Positions 1 through 9,471 of a stretch of 64,000 nucleotides of DNA are shown piece after piece. The stretch's first letter is position 1. The number at the start of each line of letters is the position of its first letter. Below the pieces are notes generated by a model. The model was not told the DNA's origin. It made no database searches and was given only the letters and a program-made list of their open reading frames with translations. Both the position numbers and the translations under genes were made by a program. Source of the stretch: Capsulimonadaceae bacterium (GTDB lineage: Bacteria > Armatimonadota > Armatimonadia > Armatimonadales > Capsulimonadaceae); assembly GCA_965215505.1 (NCBI GenBank), contig OZ244065.1:2240001-2304000 (forward strand), written 5' to 3'.

Positions 1-975
1 ACGATGCCACCGTCCCCCACCCTGCCGGGGACGTGGCAGGCCGGGCCGGACTTCCCCGCCGACGCCCTGGGGAACCAGCTGGAGGCCAAAGACGCTCCCG
101 CCTGCCTCATGGTCAACGGGAAGGTCCTGTGTCTGGTCGCCCCACACGGCAACGACAACGGCGGCTACCCGAACGGGCAGCAGTTCTTCGAGTACACGCC
201 CGACCCGAACGGCGGCGCGGGGACGCTGACGGCGGCCCCTGATGCGGGCCTGGACTGCCCCGACACACCTGCCTTCACCGGGCGGATGCTGGCCCTGCCG
301 AGCGGGCAGGTGCTTTACAGCAACTTCAACTCGCAGCTCGCCGTCTACACCCCCGACGGCGGCCCTCAGCCGTCGTGGAATCCGGCCGTTTCGGGCGTCT
401 CGATGAACGCGGACGGCTCCTATCAGGTGTCCGGGACGCAGTTCAACGGGCTGTCCGAGGGGGCCTACTACGGCGACGATGCCTCCGAGTCAAGCAACTA
501 CCCGCTGGTGCGGCTGACGGATGGGGCGGGGGTCGTCCGTTACGCGCGCACCTTCAACCATAGCACGATGGGCGTGGCGACGGGGGGGCTGCCGGTCTCG
601 ACAAACTTCACCTCGCCGCCGCCAGGCAGCTATCAGCTCCAGGTGGTCGCGAACGGCATCGCCTCCGCCCCGGTGAGCTTGACGGTGCCGGCCACGCCGG
701 CCGCGCTGACGTTCCCCGCCTCGGTCCCGTGCGGCACGGTGGTGACGGCGACGCTGACACTCAGCGCCCCCGCCCCCGCCGACACGACGGTCGGCCTGTC
801 CAGCAGCGACCCGGCGGCGGGGCGCGTCCCCCAAACGGTCCTCGTGCCGGCGGGGGCGAGCAGCGCGACGTTCCCGCTGGGCACGTTCCGCAGCCACACG
901 ACCAGGACGGTGACGGTCCAGGCGACGCTGGGGTCGGTGGCTCAGACGGCGAGCCTCACGGTCATGGGCAGATAG
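1..975 (+). CDS. Secreted kelch-like beta-propeller protein with C-terminal Ig-like domain (5' partial)
   Basis: Frame is open from the window edge. Motifs RMLALPSGQVL, GTQFNGLSEGAYYGDD and NYPLVRL; the last ~90 aa are beta-strand rich. Confidence 0.65.
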   Translation, partial: TMPPSPTLPGTWQAGPDFPADALGNQLEAKDAPACLMVNGKVLCLVAPHGNDNGGYPNGQQFFEYTPDPNGGAGTLTAAPDAGLDCPDTPAFTGRMLALPSGQVLYSNFNSQLAVYTPDGGPQPSWNPAVSGVSMNADGSYQVSGTQFNGLSEGAYYGDDASESSNYPLVRLTDGAGVVRYARTFNHSTMGVATGGLPVSTNFTSPPPGSYQLQVVANGIASAPVSLTVPATPAALTFPASVPCGTVVTATLTLSAPAPADTTVGLSSSDPAAGRVPQTVLVPAGASSATFPLGTFRSHTTRTVTVQATLGSVAQTASLTVMGR

Positions 976-993
976 GAATCACGGGGAGGCAAA

Positions 994-1287
994 ATGGTGG
1001 AGCATCTGGTACTGTTCCGTTGGAAGGATGACGCCCCGGAGGGGGCGAAGGCGCGGGTGGAGGAGGAGCTGCGCGCGCTCCAGGGCAGGATACCGGGCAT
1101 CCGGGACCTGACCTACGGGGCGAACTTCAGCACCCGCTCGCAGGGCTTCACGCACGCGCTCACCGTCCGTTTCGAGGACCGGGCCGCGCTGGAGGTCTAC
1201 TCCCCACACCCCGCCCATCAGCGGGTCGTGCAGGAATTCATCGCGCCGATCCGGGCGGATACGCTGGTGGTGGATTACGAGATTTAA
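994..1287 (+). CDS. Dabb family stress-responsive A/B barrel protein
   Basis: HLVLFRW...IPGI...GFTHAL...Y.PHPAH motifs; GGAGG SD upstream. Confidence 0.9.
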   Translation: MVEHLVLFRWKDDAPEGAKARVEEELRALQGRIPGIRDLTYGANFSTRSQGFTHALTVRFEDRAALEVYSPHPAHQRVVQEFIAPIRADTLVVDYEI

Positions 1288-1302
1288 CGTCACGCAGAGC
1301 AG

Positions 1303-1336
1303 GGCCGCCCGTCTCACAGGAGACGGGCGGCCTTTT
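1303..1336 (+). terminator. Intrinsic terminator
   Basis: 13-bp stem GGCCGCCCGTCTC/GAGACGGGCGGCC followed by TTTT, between convergent genes. Confidence 0.85.
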
Positions 1337-1341
1337 CGTCG

Positions 1342-1956
1342 TCAGGCGGGCAGGGTCTGGGTGTCGAATCGGATGAAGACCCAGCGGGCGACGGGCGGGG
1401 CCGGGGCGGCGGGGGTAAAATAGAAGACGAGCGCGCCATCCTGGCCGGTCTGGTTCTGGTGCCCGCTGCCGGGGGCCTCGCCGGAGTTCATGTGGATGTC
1501 GTGCAGGCCGGTCCCGTCCGAATAGGTGTGCCCGTAGGCGGCCATCTGGGCGCAGGTCTGGGCGTAGCCGGTCATGAGGGTCTGCAAGTCACCCTGCTGG
1601 ATGGGCTTGAAGTCGGCGTTTTTCAGGCCAAGGGTGGCGTAAGAAAGCGGAGTCGGCGTGAAGCCAGGGGCGGGCAGGCTTTTGCCAGTGAGGTCTTCTT
1701 CCCAGGTGGTAAACAGGACATTGGATTGGTCGGCGGAGTGGACGTTGAAGGCGCACTCGTAGACGCCCGCGACCGGGCCGGTCGGGACGCGAATCCAGAG
1801 GTAGACGTGGTTATTGTCGGGCCGCGTTTTGCCTTCCGGGACGAGCGTGAGGTGGTCGAACGGGCCGACAAGCTCCCCGAACCGGCTCGGCGGCAGGCCG
1901 ACTCCGGCCGAGCGCTTGCGGTTAAACACATGGGTTACGGGCGATGATTGGCTCAT
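1342..1956 (-). CDS. DUF2278 (YukJ-like) protein
   Basis: GLHDIHMNSG...QDGAL motif. Confidence 0.75.
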   Translation of the reverse strand: MSQSSPVTHVFNRKRSAGVGLPPSRFGELVGPFDHLTLVPEGKTRPDNNHVYLWIRVPTGPVAGVYECAFNVHSADQSNVLFTTWEEDLTGKSLPAPGFTPTPLSYATLGLKNADFKPIQQGDLQTLMTGYAQTCAQMAAYGHTYSDGTGLHDIHMNSGEAPGSGHQNQTGQDGALVFYFTPAAPAPPVARWVFIRFDTQTLPA

Positions 1957-1982
1957 GGGCGTTTCTCTTCAAAAGTCGCCCG

Positions 1983-2801
1983 TCAAGCTTCGGCCTCGAC
2001 GGGGTTGGTCAGCGCGCCGATCTTTTCCACCTCGACGCTCACCACGTCGCCGGGCCGGAGCCAGCGGGGGGGAGTGCGGGCCATGCCGACGCCGTGCGGG
2101 GTGCCGGTGAGGATGACCGTTCCGGGCAGCAGGGTGGCGCTGGCCGAGAGGAACGCGATCAGCTCGGGCACGTCGAAGATCATGTCGCGCGTGGTCCAGT
2201 CCTGGACGACCTCGCTGACGCCTTCGCCGTCGGTCAGGGTCGTCTTGAGGCCCAGGGCGTTGGGGTCGGGGATGTCGCCCGCCGTCACGAGGCAGGGGCC
2301 GAGCGGGCAGAAGGTGTCGAAGCTCTTGCCGCGCGTCCACTGGCTGCCGCCACGCGCGATCTGCCAGTCGCGGGCACTGACGTCGTTCGCGGCGGTGTAC
2401 CCCAGCACATACTCCAGCGCCCGGTCGGCGTGGACGTTCTTGCAAGTCCGGCCGATGACGACGGCCAGCTCGCCTTCATAGTCCACCTGGTCCGAGCGGA
2501 GGAAGGTGGGGAGCAGGATGGGGTCGCCGGGGTTCTGGAGCGTGTTCAAGGTCTTGGCGAACACGATGGGATATTCAGGCGGCGTGGCGTGGGTCTCGGC
2601 GGCGTGGCGGCGGTAGTTCAGGCCGATGCCGAGGATGGCGGTGGGCACGACCGGCGCGAGCAGTTTTTGGATGTCGGCGCGTCGGTCAGTGACATGCCAC
2701 TCGGCGTACAAGTCGCCTTCGATGTCATACACGAAGCCGTCGGGCAGACGCGCGGCGTGGCGGGCCCCGCCGTCGGCGGCGAGGTAGCGGATGATTTTCA
2801 T
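1983..2801 (-). CDS. Fumarylacetoacetate hydrolase family protein
   Basis: GIGLNY, DYEGEL, NDVSARD, KSFDTFCPLGP and TGTP motifs. Confidence 0.95.
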   Translation of the reverse strand: MKIIRYLAADGGARHAARLPDGFVYDIEGDLYAEWHVTDRRADIQKLLAPVVPTAILGIGLNYRRHAAETHATPPEYPIVFAKTLNTLQNPGDPILLPTFLRSDQVDYEGELAVVIGRTCKNVHADRALEYVLGYTAANDVSARDWQIARGGSQWTRGKSFDTFCPLGPCLVTAGDIPDPNALGLKTTLTDGEGVSEVVQDWTTRDMIFDVPELIAFLSASATLLPGTVILTGTPHGVGMARTPPRWLRPGDVVSVEVEKIGALTNPVEAEA

Positions 2802-3046
2802 GGGCCTTCCTTCTGCCGCCGGAGCGGATCACTCGGCTGCATTATAGCACAGCGCGGGCTTTGTTCGGATTCAGGGTGATTCTCTGCGAGGCAGGAGCCG
2901 GCTCCCTGCACGGACCGACAGCCCTAGGTGCGGACGACCCTAAGCGAGGCAATGTCCGGATCGCCCTCGGGGCGGCCGCGGGCGTCACCGCCGTGGACAT
3001 CCGAGACGCCTCGAAACTGGGCGGCGAAGGCTGAAAGCGGCTCCGC

Positions 3047-4078
3047 TCAGAACACCGAGGTCACTTGGAGGGCGTGTGCGGTCTTCGCCCCCTCGCCGGG
3101 GAGCATGTAGGCGTACTTGTTGGAAAACCCGTAGGTGAATTGGATGCCCCGGTAGGTCAGCCCAAGCCCGCCGGTCAGGTCGCCCGCGAACAGCCCGGCG
3201 CGCAGGGTCAGGGTGCCGAGTTTCTTGACGCCGAAGCTCTTTTCCACACCGGCCTCGTAGGCATAGCGCGCGGTCCGCAATCCTGCCCCACTCACCTTAT
3301 CCGACTCGTAGTCCATCAGGAACTTCGTGGAAGAGTCGGGGAACACGCCAAGCCCGATCCGCGCGGAGTCCGCATGGAACTTGTACCGCTGGGCCGGGAA
3401 CGAAACGGAGGGAAAGGACTGTTTGACCCTCTCGCCGTAGGAGTCCACGGCAAGCCCGAGGGACAGCTTGGGCGCGGGCGAGTAGAGTACGCCGAGCCGC
3501 CCGCCGGCGCCCGAAGGCCGGCTTTCCAGCCGGGTCAGCACGCCGCCCGAGGGAAGGAAGTAGTCGGACCTGGTCGAGAGGTAGGACAGGCCGGCACCCA
3601 CGGACACGCGCGGGGCGACCCGCCAGGCGTATTCCAGAGACGGGTCCACTTCGCGCGTGTTCAGCGAGAGCGGTGTGCCCGTCAGGGCGCCGGAGCCGCG
3701 GACGGTCACAAGCCCGAGTTTGAAGACGCCGTTGGGCTTTTTCCGGTCAACCGGCTGCTCATAGCCGAGGACGGCAAGAGTGATCGTGGGGAGACGTGAG
3801 AACTTGGTGGCGGTACCGTTCGCCATGAAGGCGGGCCGGGTGGCGACGACGAGGCAGGCGGGGTTCGTGCCCCAGTCCGCCCGGCTGTCGGCGACCGAGG
3901 CGTTGCCGAGCGACCAGTGATCAATGCTGTTCGGGCTCCCGCCGCCCCAGAAGTGCGGCAGCAGATAGTTCTGGGGGCTGACGGGTACTCCAGGCGGGAG
4001 GTGCTGGGACCGGGCGCAGCCCACGGAAGCGGCGAAGAGGAGGGCGGAAGCGGCGAGAGTCGTGCGGGTCATCGTCAT
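3047..4078 (-). CDS. Outer-membrane beta-barrel, FadL/OmpP1/PorV-like
   Basis: Signal peptide; SLGNASVA...WGTNPACL resembles the FadL-family NPA motif; alternating beta-strands; C-terminal Phe. Start placed at ATG 4078. Confidence 0.6.
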   Translation of the reverse strand: MTMTRTTLAASALLFAASVGCARSQHLPPGVPVSPQNYLLPHFWGGGSPNSIDHWSLGNASVADSRADWGTNPACLVVATRPAFMANGTATKFSRLPTITLAVLGYEQPVDRKKPNGVFKLGLVTVRGSGALTGTPLSLNTREVDPSLEYAWRVAPRVSVGAGLSYLSTRSDYFLPSGGVLTRLESRPSGAGGRLGVLYSPAPKLSLGLAVDSYGERVKQSFPSVSFPAQRYKFHADSARIGLGVFPDSSTKFLMDYESDKVSGAGLRTARYAYEAGVEKSFGVKKLGTLTLRAGLFAGDLTGGLGLTYRGIQFTYGFSNKYAYMLPGEGAKTAHALQVTSVF

Positions 4079-4329
4079 GCGGGCCTCCCAGACGGGGTAC
4101 TCCGGGGCCGAGTTTGACGCGGGGCCACGAGAGCGGGATGAGGGGGAGCGCAATCGAGGCGGCAGAACACTCCTTCCTCAATCATAACATGGGGGCAGTC
4201 GGAAGTCAAGAGGGCCGATGGTCCGGTGTGGAGGAAAGAAGCTCGAATGTCGCCGCAGAGGCAGGAATTCTACCCCGGCAGGGCGAAAGCCTCCCGGAAG
4301 CCGTAACATCTCCCAGCGAGTCACGCCCT

Positions 4330-7002
4330 ATGGACCTACCTGCCGGAATCGTCACGTTCCTGTTCACCGACATTGAGGGCAGCACCAAGCTGTGGGAGGA
4401 CCACACGGAGGTCATGGCTCAGGCCCAGGCGCGGCATGTGGAAATCATCGAGGGCTGCGTCGGGCGGCATGACGGGTTCCTGATTCAGAGCCGCGGGGAG
4501 GGCGACAGCACCTTCTCGGTGTTCGCGGGGGCGTCCGACGCCGTTGCGGCGGCGTGCGCCCTCCAGCGCGCCTTGCACGCCGAGCCGTGGCCGGTCGAGG
4601 CGCGCATCCGGGTGCGGGCCGCCCTGCACGCCGGCTCCGCCGTCCCGGACCGGGACAACTACCATGCCCCGGACGTCAACCGGTGTGCCCGCCTGCGCGC
4701 CATCGGGCACGGCGGGCAGACCCTCCTGTCGCGGGCGGTCTTCCTGCTGGCGGGGGAGGCGCTGCCGGAGGGGGCGGGCCTGCGCGACCTGGGCCTGCAC
4801 CGGCTCAAAGACTTGCAGCGGCCTGAGCAGGTATATCAGCTCCTGCACAGGGACCTGCCCGCCGCCTTCCCCTCGCTGCTCTCCCTCAACGCCCGCCAGA
4901 CCAACATCCCTCTCCAGCTGACCAGCTTCGTGGGCCGCAGCGAGGAGATCACCGAGGTCAAGCGGCGTCTCCGGGACACGCGGCTGCTGACCCTGACGGG
5001 TTTCGGCGGCTGCGGCAAGACGCGGCTCGCCCTGCAAGTAGCGGCGGAGAGCCTGGAGGAGTATCCGGACGGCGTCTGGCTGGTGGAGCTTGCGGCCCTG
5101 AGCGACCCGGCCCTGGTGGCGCAGACCGTGGCGGCGGCCTTGGGGATGAGCGAGCAGCCGGGCGTCCCACTGGAAAGGACTCTGGTGGAGGACCTGAAGC
5201 CGAAGCGGCTGCTGCTGGTCCTGGACAACTGCGAGCATCTGATCAAGGAGTGTACGGCCCTGGTGCGGATGTTCCTGCAATCGTGTCCGGGCCTGAAGGT
5301 GCTGGCGACGAGCCGGGAGGTGCTGGACCTGCCCGGCGGGGGCGTCTGGAACGTCCCGCCGCTGCCGCCGCCCCCGTCCGAGGAGGCGCTGGCGCTGGAA
5401 TCGGACTACGTCGCCGCCGTCATGGCGAGCGACTCGGCGCGGCTCTTCGCGGAGCGGGCGGCCCTGCACTCCCCCGGCTTCACGGTGACCCGGTCGAACG
5501 CGCCCGCCGTCGCGCTCGTCTGCCGGCAGCTCGACGGCATCCCGCTCGCCCTCGAGCTGGCGGCGGCGCGGGTGCGGGTGCTGGCGGTGGAGCAGATCGC
5601 GAAGCGGCTGGGCGACATGTTCAAGGTGCTGACGGGGGGCGGCCAGACGCTCCTGCCCCGGCAGCGGACGCTGCGGGCGATGATTGACTGGAGCCACGAC
5701 CTGCTGACCCAGCCGGAGCGCGTGCTGCTGCGCCGCCTGTCGGTGTTCGCGGGCGGGTGGACCTTGGAGGCCGCCGAGGCGGTCGGTCCGGGGGGCGGGA
5801 CCGGGGAAGACGGCGTCGGGGAGTGGGACGTATTGGACCTGCTCACGCGGCTGATTGACAAATCCCTGGTGATTTTCGAGGAGCGGCCTGGCCAGGGGCG
5901 ATACCGGATGCTGGAGCCGGTGCGCCAGTACGCCGCCGAGCGGCTGGCGGGGGCCGGCGAGTCCGAGGGCGTCGGCGGCCTTCACCTCGCGCATGTGCGG
6001 GGGCTGGTGGAGGGGCTGGAGTCCCGCCTGTGCGTAGGCGTGGACCAGGTGTGGTGGTTCCAGCAGCTAGAGCCGGAACAGGACAACGTCCGGGCCGCCC
6101 TAGAATGGTGCCGGGCGGACGGGCGGAGCGCGGAGCCGGGGCTGTGCCTGGCGTCGGCCTACACGCATGTCTGGTACATGCTGGGCCACTTCACCGAGGG
6201 CGTGACGTGGCTGGAGGCCCTGCTGGCGAAGGGGGATGCGGCGTCCCCGTCCGCGCGGGGGAAGGCCTACTCCGCCGTCGGCTACCTGTCGTTCTTCCTG
6301 GACGCGCAGGACCGGGTGAAGGCGCACGCCTACATGGAGCGGAGCGTCACGCTGCTGCGCGCGGCGGACGATCGCTGGAACCTGGCGGTCACGCTGAACC
6401 TGATGGCGAACGTCAATTTGTACGCCGGGAGGTTCGGGGAGGTCGGGGCGGCGGCGGAGGAAGCGCTCGCGCTGGCGCGGGAGCAGGACAACCCGCTGCA
6501 CATCGCCTTCTCCATCTTTCTGCTGGGGTTCCTGGCCTTTCTCGGCTCGGACTGGGCGCGGGCGGAAGAGCTGCTGGAAGAAAGCACGCGGATCTGGCGG
6601 GGGATCGGGAACCTGCACTTCTTCGCCAACGCCCTGATCCGGCTGGGGGACGTCAAGCAGCGCCAGGGGCGATACGCGGAGGCGCGGGCGCATTACATCG
6701 AGAGCCTGGAAAGCGCGCGCGGCCTGGACATCCTCATCACGATCGTGCGCGCCTTCCAGGGGCTGGCGCAGGTCATGCTGGCGCAGGGGGCGGCGGGGCG
6801 GGCCGCCCGTCTTCTGGGTGCCCTGGACGCGCTGAAGGCCGCCCGGCACGTCTCCATGCCGCCGTTCGACATGGAGATTCTCAGCAAGACGGCGGCGGCG
6901 GTCCGGGCGGCGGCGGGCGACGAATCATTCCAGTCGGCCTGGGACGGGGGCGCGACGCTGTCCCTGGAGCAGGCTTTGGCTTTCGCGGCGGAGGAGACCT
7001 GA
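4330..7002 (+). CDS. Class III adenylate/guanylate cyclase + STAND ATPase + TPR protein
   Basis: TFLFTDIEGST, GEGDS, VNRCARL; Walker A GFGGCGKT; LVLDNCEH; LDGIPLALELAA; C-terminal TPRs; no LuxR HTH. Start may lie upstream (frame open from 4114). Confidence 0.92.
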   Translation: MDLPAGIVTFLFTDIEGSTKLWEDHTEVMAQAQARHVEIIEGCVGRHDGFLIQSRGEGDSTFSVFAGASDAVAAACALQRALHAEPWPVEARIRVRAALHAGSAVPDRDNYHAPDVNRCARLRAIGHGGQTLLSRAVFLLAGEALPEGAGLRDLGLHRLKDLQRPEQVYQLLHRDLPAAFPSLLSLNARQTNIPLQLTSFVGRSEEITEVKRRLRDTRLLTLTGFGGCGKTRLALQVAAESLEEYPDGVWLVELAALSDPALVAQTVAAALGMSEQPGVPLERTLVEDLKPKRLLLVLDNCEHLIKECTALVRMFLQSCPGLKVLATSREVLDLPGGGVWNVPPLPPPPSEEALALESDYVAAVMASDSARLFAERAALHSPGFTVTRSNAPAVALVCRQLDGIPLALELAAARVRVLAVEQIAKRLGDMFKVLTGGGQTLLPRQRTLRAMIDWSHDLLTQPERVLLRRLSVFAGGWTLEAAEAVGPGGGTGEDGVGEWDVLDLLTRLIDKSLVIFEERPGQGRYRMLEPVRQYAAERLAGAGESEGVGGLHLAHVRGLVEGLESRLCVGVDQVWWFQQLEPEQDNVRAALEWCRADGRSAEPGLCLASAYTHVWYMLGHFTEGVTWLEALLAKGDAASPSARGKAYSAVGYLSFFLDAQDRVKAHAYMERSVTLLRAADDRWNLAVTLNLMANVNLYAGRFGEVGAAAEEALALAREQDNPLHIAFSIFLLGFLAFLGSDWARAEELLEESTRIWRGIGNLHFFANALIRLGDVKQRQGRYAEARAHYIESLESARGLDILITIVRAFQGLAQVMLAQGAAGRAARLLGALDALKAARHVSMPPFDMEILSKTAAAVRAAAGDESFQSAWDGGATLSLEQALAFAAEET

Positions 7003-7035
7003 TGGGAGGGTCTGATGGGAGGATCTGATGGGAGG
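6999..7035 (+). repeat. Triple tandem repeat CTGATGGGAGG, 13-nt period
   Basis: Copies at 6999, 7012 and 7025. Confidence 0.9.
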
Positions 7036-7039
7036 TTTG

Positions 7040-7894
7040 ATGACTGAGGTGACGAACGGGCGGCGGTCAAGGCTGACGGCGCTGTCGGCCCGGCTGGTTT
7101 CGGTGTCCCCGGCGCTCCGGCGGCGGCTCTGGCGGCTGTGTTATGAGGCTCTGGCGGCGCGCTACCGGAGCGGGCAGTGGTCGTTCATGAACTTCGGCTA
7201 TGCCGAGACCGACCCGGCCGCGCCCGCCCTGGGCCTGGGCGAGTCCGACGAGCCGGACCGGCACTGCATCCAGCTCTACGACCACGTCCTGCGCCCCGCC
7301 GGGGCGCGTCTGGTTGGGGCGCGCGTCCTGGAAGTCGGCTGCGGGCGGGGCGGGGGGTGCGACTACATCTCGCGGACGGGGTCGCCCCAATCCGTGACCG
7401 GCGTGGACTTCTCGGCCCAGGCGGCGGCGCTGTGCCGCGCCTCGTTCGCCCGGCCCGGCCTGTCGTTCCGGCAGGGGGACGCCGAGGCGCTGCCGTTTCC
7501 GGACGGCTCCTTCGACATCGTCCTGAACGTCGAGTCGTCGCACTGCTACGGGTCCATGGAGCGCTTCATGGCCGAGGCCGCCCGCGTGCTGGTGCCGGGC
7601 GGCCTCTTTTTGTGGGCGGACATGCGCCCGGCGAGGACGCGCGAAGCGGTCGCCCGTGACCTGACGGGGAGCGGCCTGCGGCTTGTCTCCGAAGAAGCCA
7701 TCACGCCCAACGTCCTGCTCTCCCTGGAACGGATGACCGAAGTCCGGACGGAGATGATCCGGAGCATGGTCCCCCGCCCGTTCCGCCGGGGCCTCCGAGA
7801 CTTCGCGGGGGTGTCGGGGTCCCGGCTCCACGAGTCGCTGCGGACGGGGGTGCTGGAGTACCTCAGTTGCGCGCTTCAGAAGCCTGCGGCGTGA
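7040..7894 (+). CDS. SAM-dependent methyltransferase, fatty-acid/phthiotriol O-methyltransferase-like
   Basis: FMNFGY, IQLY, VLEVGCGRGGG and NVESSHCY motifs. Confidence 0.85.
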   Translation: MTEVTNGRRSRLTALSARLVSVSPALRRRLWRLCYEALAARYRSGQWSFMNFGYAETDPAAPALGLGESDEPDRHCIQLYDHVLRPAGARLVGARVLEVGCGRGGGCDYISRTGSPQSVTGVDFSAQAAALCRASFARPGLSFRQGDAEALPFPDGSFDIVLNVESSHCYGSMERFMAEAARVLVPGGLFLWADMRPARTREAVARDLTGSGLRLVSEEAITPNVLLSLERMTEVRTEMIRSMVPRPFRRGLRDFAGVSGSRLHESLRTGVLEYLSCALQKPAA

Positions 7895-8513
7895 CGCCGG
7901 CCTGAAGGCTCGCGGCAGACGGTAAGTTCGCAGCGGCCTGGGCCTGGAGCAGAGCGGCGGCCTTGCGGGCGGCGCGGGAGCGTCGCTTGACGGGTTTGGA
8001 CAGCCGCCCTTCGGACGTCACCAGTGTCCCCAGCAAGTAATCGGCCAATGGGAAGAGGACATTGAAGTTGCGCTGCATGTAGCGGTGGTGCAGCCGGTGG
8101 TGTTCGCGGAGGAACAGGAACCAGCGGAACCGCTCCAGCCGGTGACCGCGCGGCACATGCATCAGATAGTGGGTGTACTCATAGCCCGCATAGTAGAGGG
8201 TGAGGCCGGCCACCGCGCCCCAGAAGGTCGGCGCTTTCGTGAGCCACTGGAACAGCAGGAAGACCGGGACGTGTCCCAGCAGAATGGCCGGGAAGGTGGT
8301 GCGGCGCAGGGTGACATGGGGGGGACGGCCCGGCCCGCGGGCCAGGAAGTTTTCGCCCTTGTAGATCTGGTGGTGGATCAGCGTGTGTCCGTCGAACATC
8401 CACTGGACCGGGGAGCGTTTGGTGTGCATGAAGTAACGGTGGGCGAACCACTCGTAGAAACTGGAATATAAAAACCAGAACAGGCAGGCCGTAGCTTCCG
8501 TAGCAAAAGTCAT
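7863..8513 (-). CDS. Fatty-acid hydroxylase / sterol desaturase family protein
   Basis: His boxes HRYFMH, HTLIHH, HYLMH and HHRLHH; hydrophobic segments. Confidence 0.88.
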   Translation of the reverse strand: MTFATEATACLFWFLYSSFYEWFAHRYFMHTKRSPVQWMFDGHTLIHHQIYKGENFLARGPGRPPHVTLRRTTFPAILLGHVPVFLLFQWLTKAPTFWGAVAGLTLYYAGYEYTHYLMHVPRGHRLERFRWFLFLREHHRLHHRYMQRNFNVLFPLADYLLGTLVTSEGRLSKPVKRRSRAARKAAALLQAQAAANLPSAASLQAGVTPQASEARN

Positions 8514-8706
8514 CTAGCGCTCCTCATCAGTGACGGTCGGGGCCTCGGTGAGAGGCTGCCCGTTGAGCGCTGCCTGCTGGGGCGGGGAGGCGTTCGGAAG
8601 GAAGATTCGACGCCGTATGCTAGAATCCCTTCTTTGTGCAGTCGGGCAGTCGGGTTGTCGGGCGCTGATGATCGGACTGCTCGCGCGATATGGCAGCGGG
8701 GAACGC

Positions 8707-8967
8707 TTATCGTGCCGCCGGGGTCATGTTCCTCTGCTTCATCTGGATCCTGTACCTGGTGTAGAACCAGCCGAGGGTGATGCCGCTGACCGTGCAGAAG
8801 CCGTCAAACAGAGCAAACCGTGTCCTGAAGCCAGGGCCGCTTGTGGAAATGATCGAATGCGGCTGACCATCCACACTCACGGTGTAGCCACCCGAAGACG
8901 GCTGCTTGTCCAGCTCTACCTTGTGGCGGGCGTTTTCCGCGATGAACTCGATCTGCGCGAGAGCCAT
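8707..8967 (-). CDS. Hypothetical protein (86 aa)
   Basis: ATG with GAGG SD, in a lower-GC stretch. Confidence 0.45.
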   Translation of the reverse strand: MALAQIEFIAENARHKVELDKQPSSGGYTVSVDGQPHSIISTSGPGFRTRFALFDGFCTVSGITLGWFYTRYRIQMKQRNMTPAAR

Positions 8968-9286
8968 TAATTTTTCCTCTTCATCTTTCAGTGGGGGTGC
9001 ATCCTGTCTGCAAGCCGGTTCCCCCATAAACGTGCCGGACGCGAATGCAGGCCTGCCGAATGTTGTTGGCCTGCTCGTGGATGTTGTCCGCGCCTGACCC
9101 GGCTTCCTCGGCGAAGTATGTGTGAACTCCTAGACTCAAACCCTCTTCCCCAGCGGCGTCGTAGGACATCGTGCTGCTCAGTTCGTGACGGATGCATGGA
9201 TTGTACCACGAATACTTGGTAGTGGCTCAGAAGGTCTGCTTGCGTTGGAGGGGAGAACTCGGAGATGAGGGCGAATGTGGACAAGA

Positions 9287-9404
9287 AGGGCGAACACAAG
9301 GTTCGCCCCTACAAGATGGGAGAAGGAGGCGGGGATAGTAGGAGGGCGCGATGAATCGCGCCCCTACGGGTCAGGATGTAGGGCGCGAACCTTGTGTTCG
9401 CCCT
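9287..9404. repeat. Cluster of three GTAG-type REP palindromes (family A)
   Basis: Copies at 9287-9312, 9343-9367 and 9378-9404; consensus GTAGGGGCG-N-CGCCCT; the outer two are inverted copies. Confidence 0.85.
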
Positions 9405-9471
9405 TTTGGGTCATGTTCGCCCTCAGACTCTTTTGAGCCATTGCCGGGCGTGTTCGGCACTCGGCGTTCCT

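Noticed and set aside
2802-3046. Intergenic stretch as a riboswitch or ncRNA
   Set aside because: Only an extended -10 (2841-2849, minus strand) is recognisable; no convincing structure.
4330-7002. Anti-phage STAND (Avs) or Pycsar-type defence system
   Set aside because: Matches the common regulatory cyclase-ATPase-TPR class; no effector or defence neighbours.
9287-9404. Possible CRISPR array
   Set aside because: Copies are inverted and non-identical, spacing is irregular and no cas genes are present; REP-like instead.
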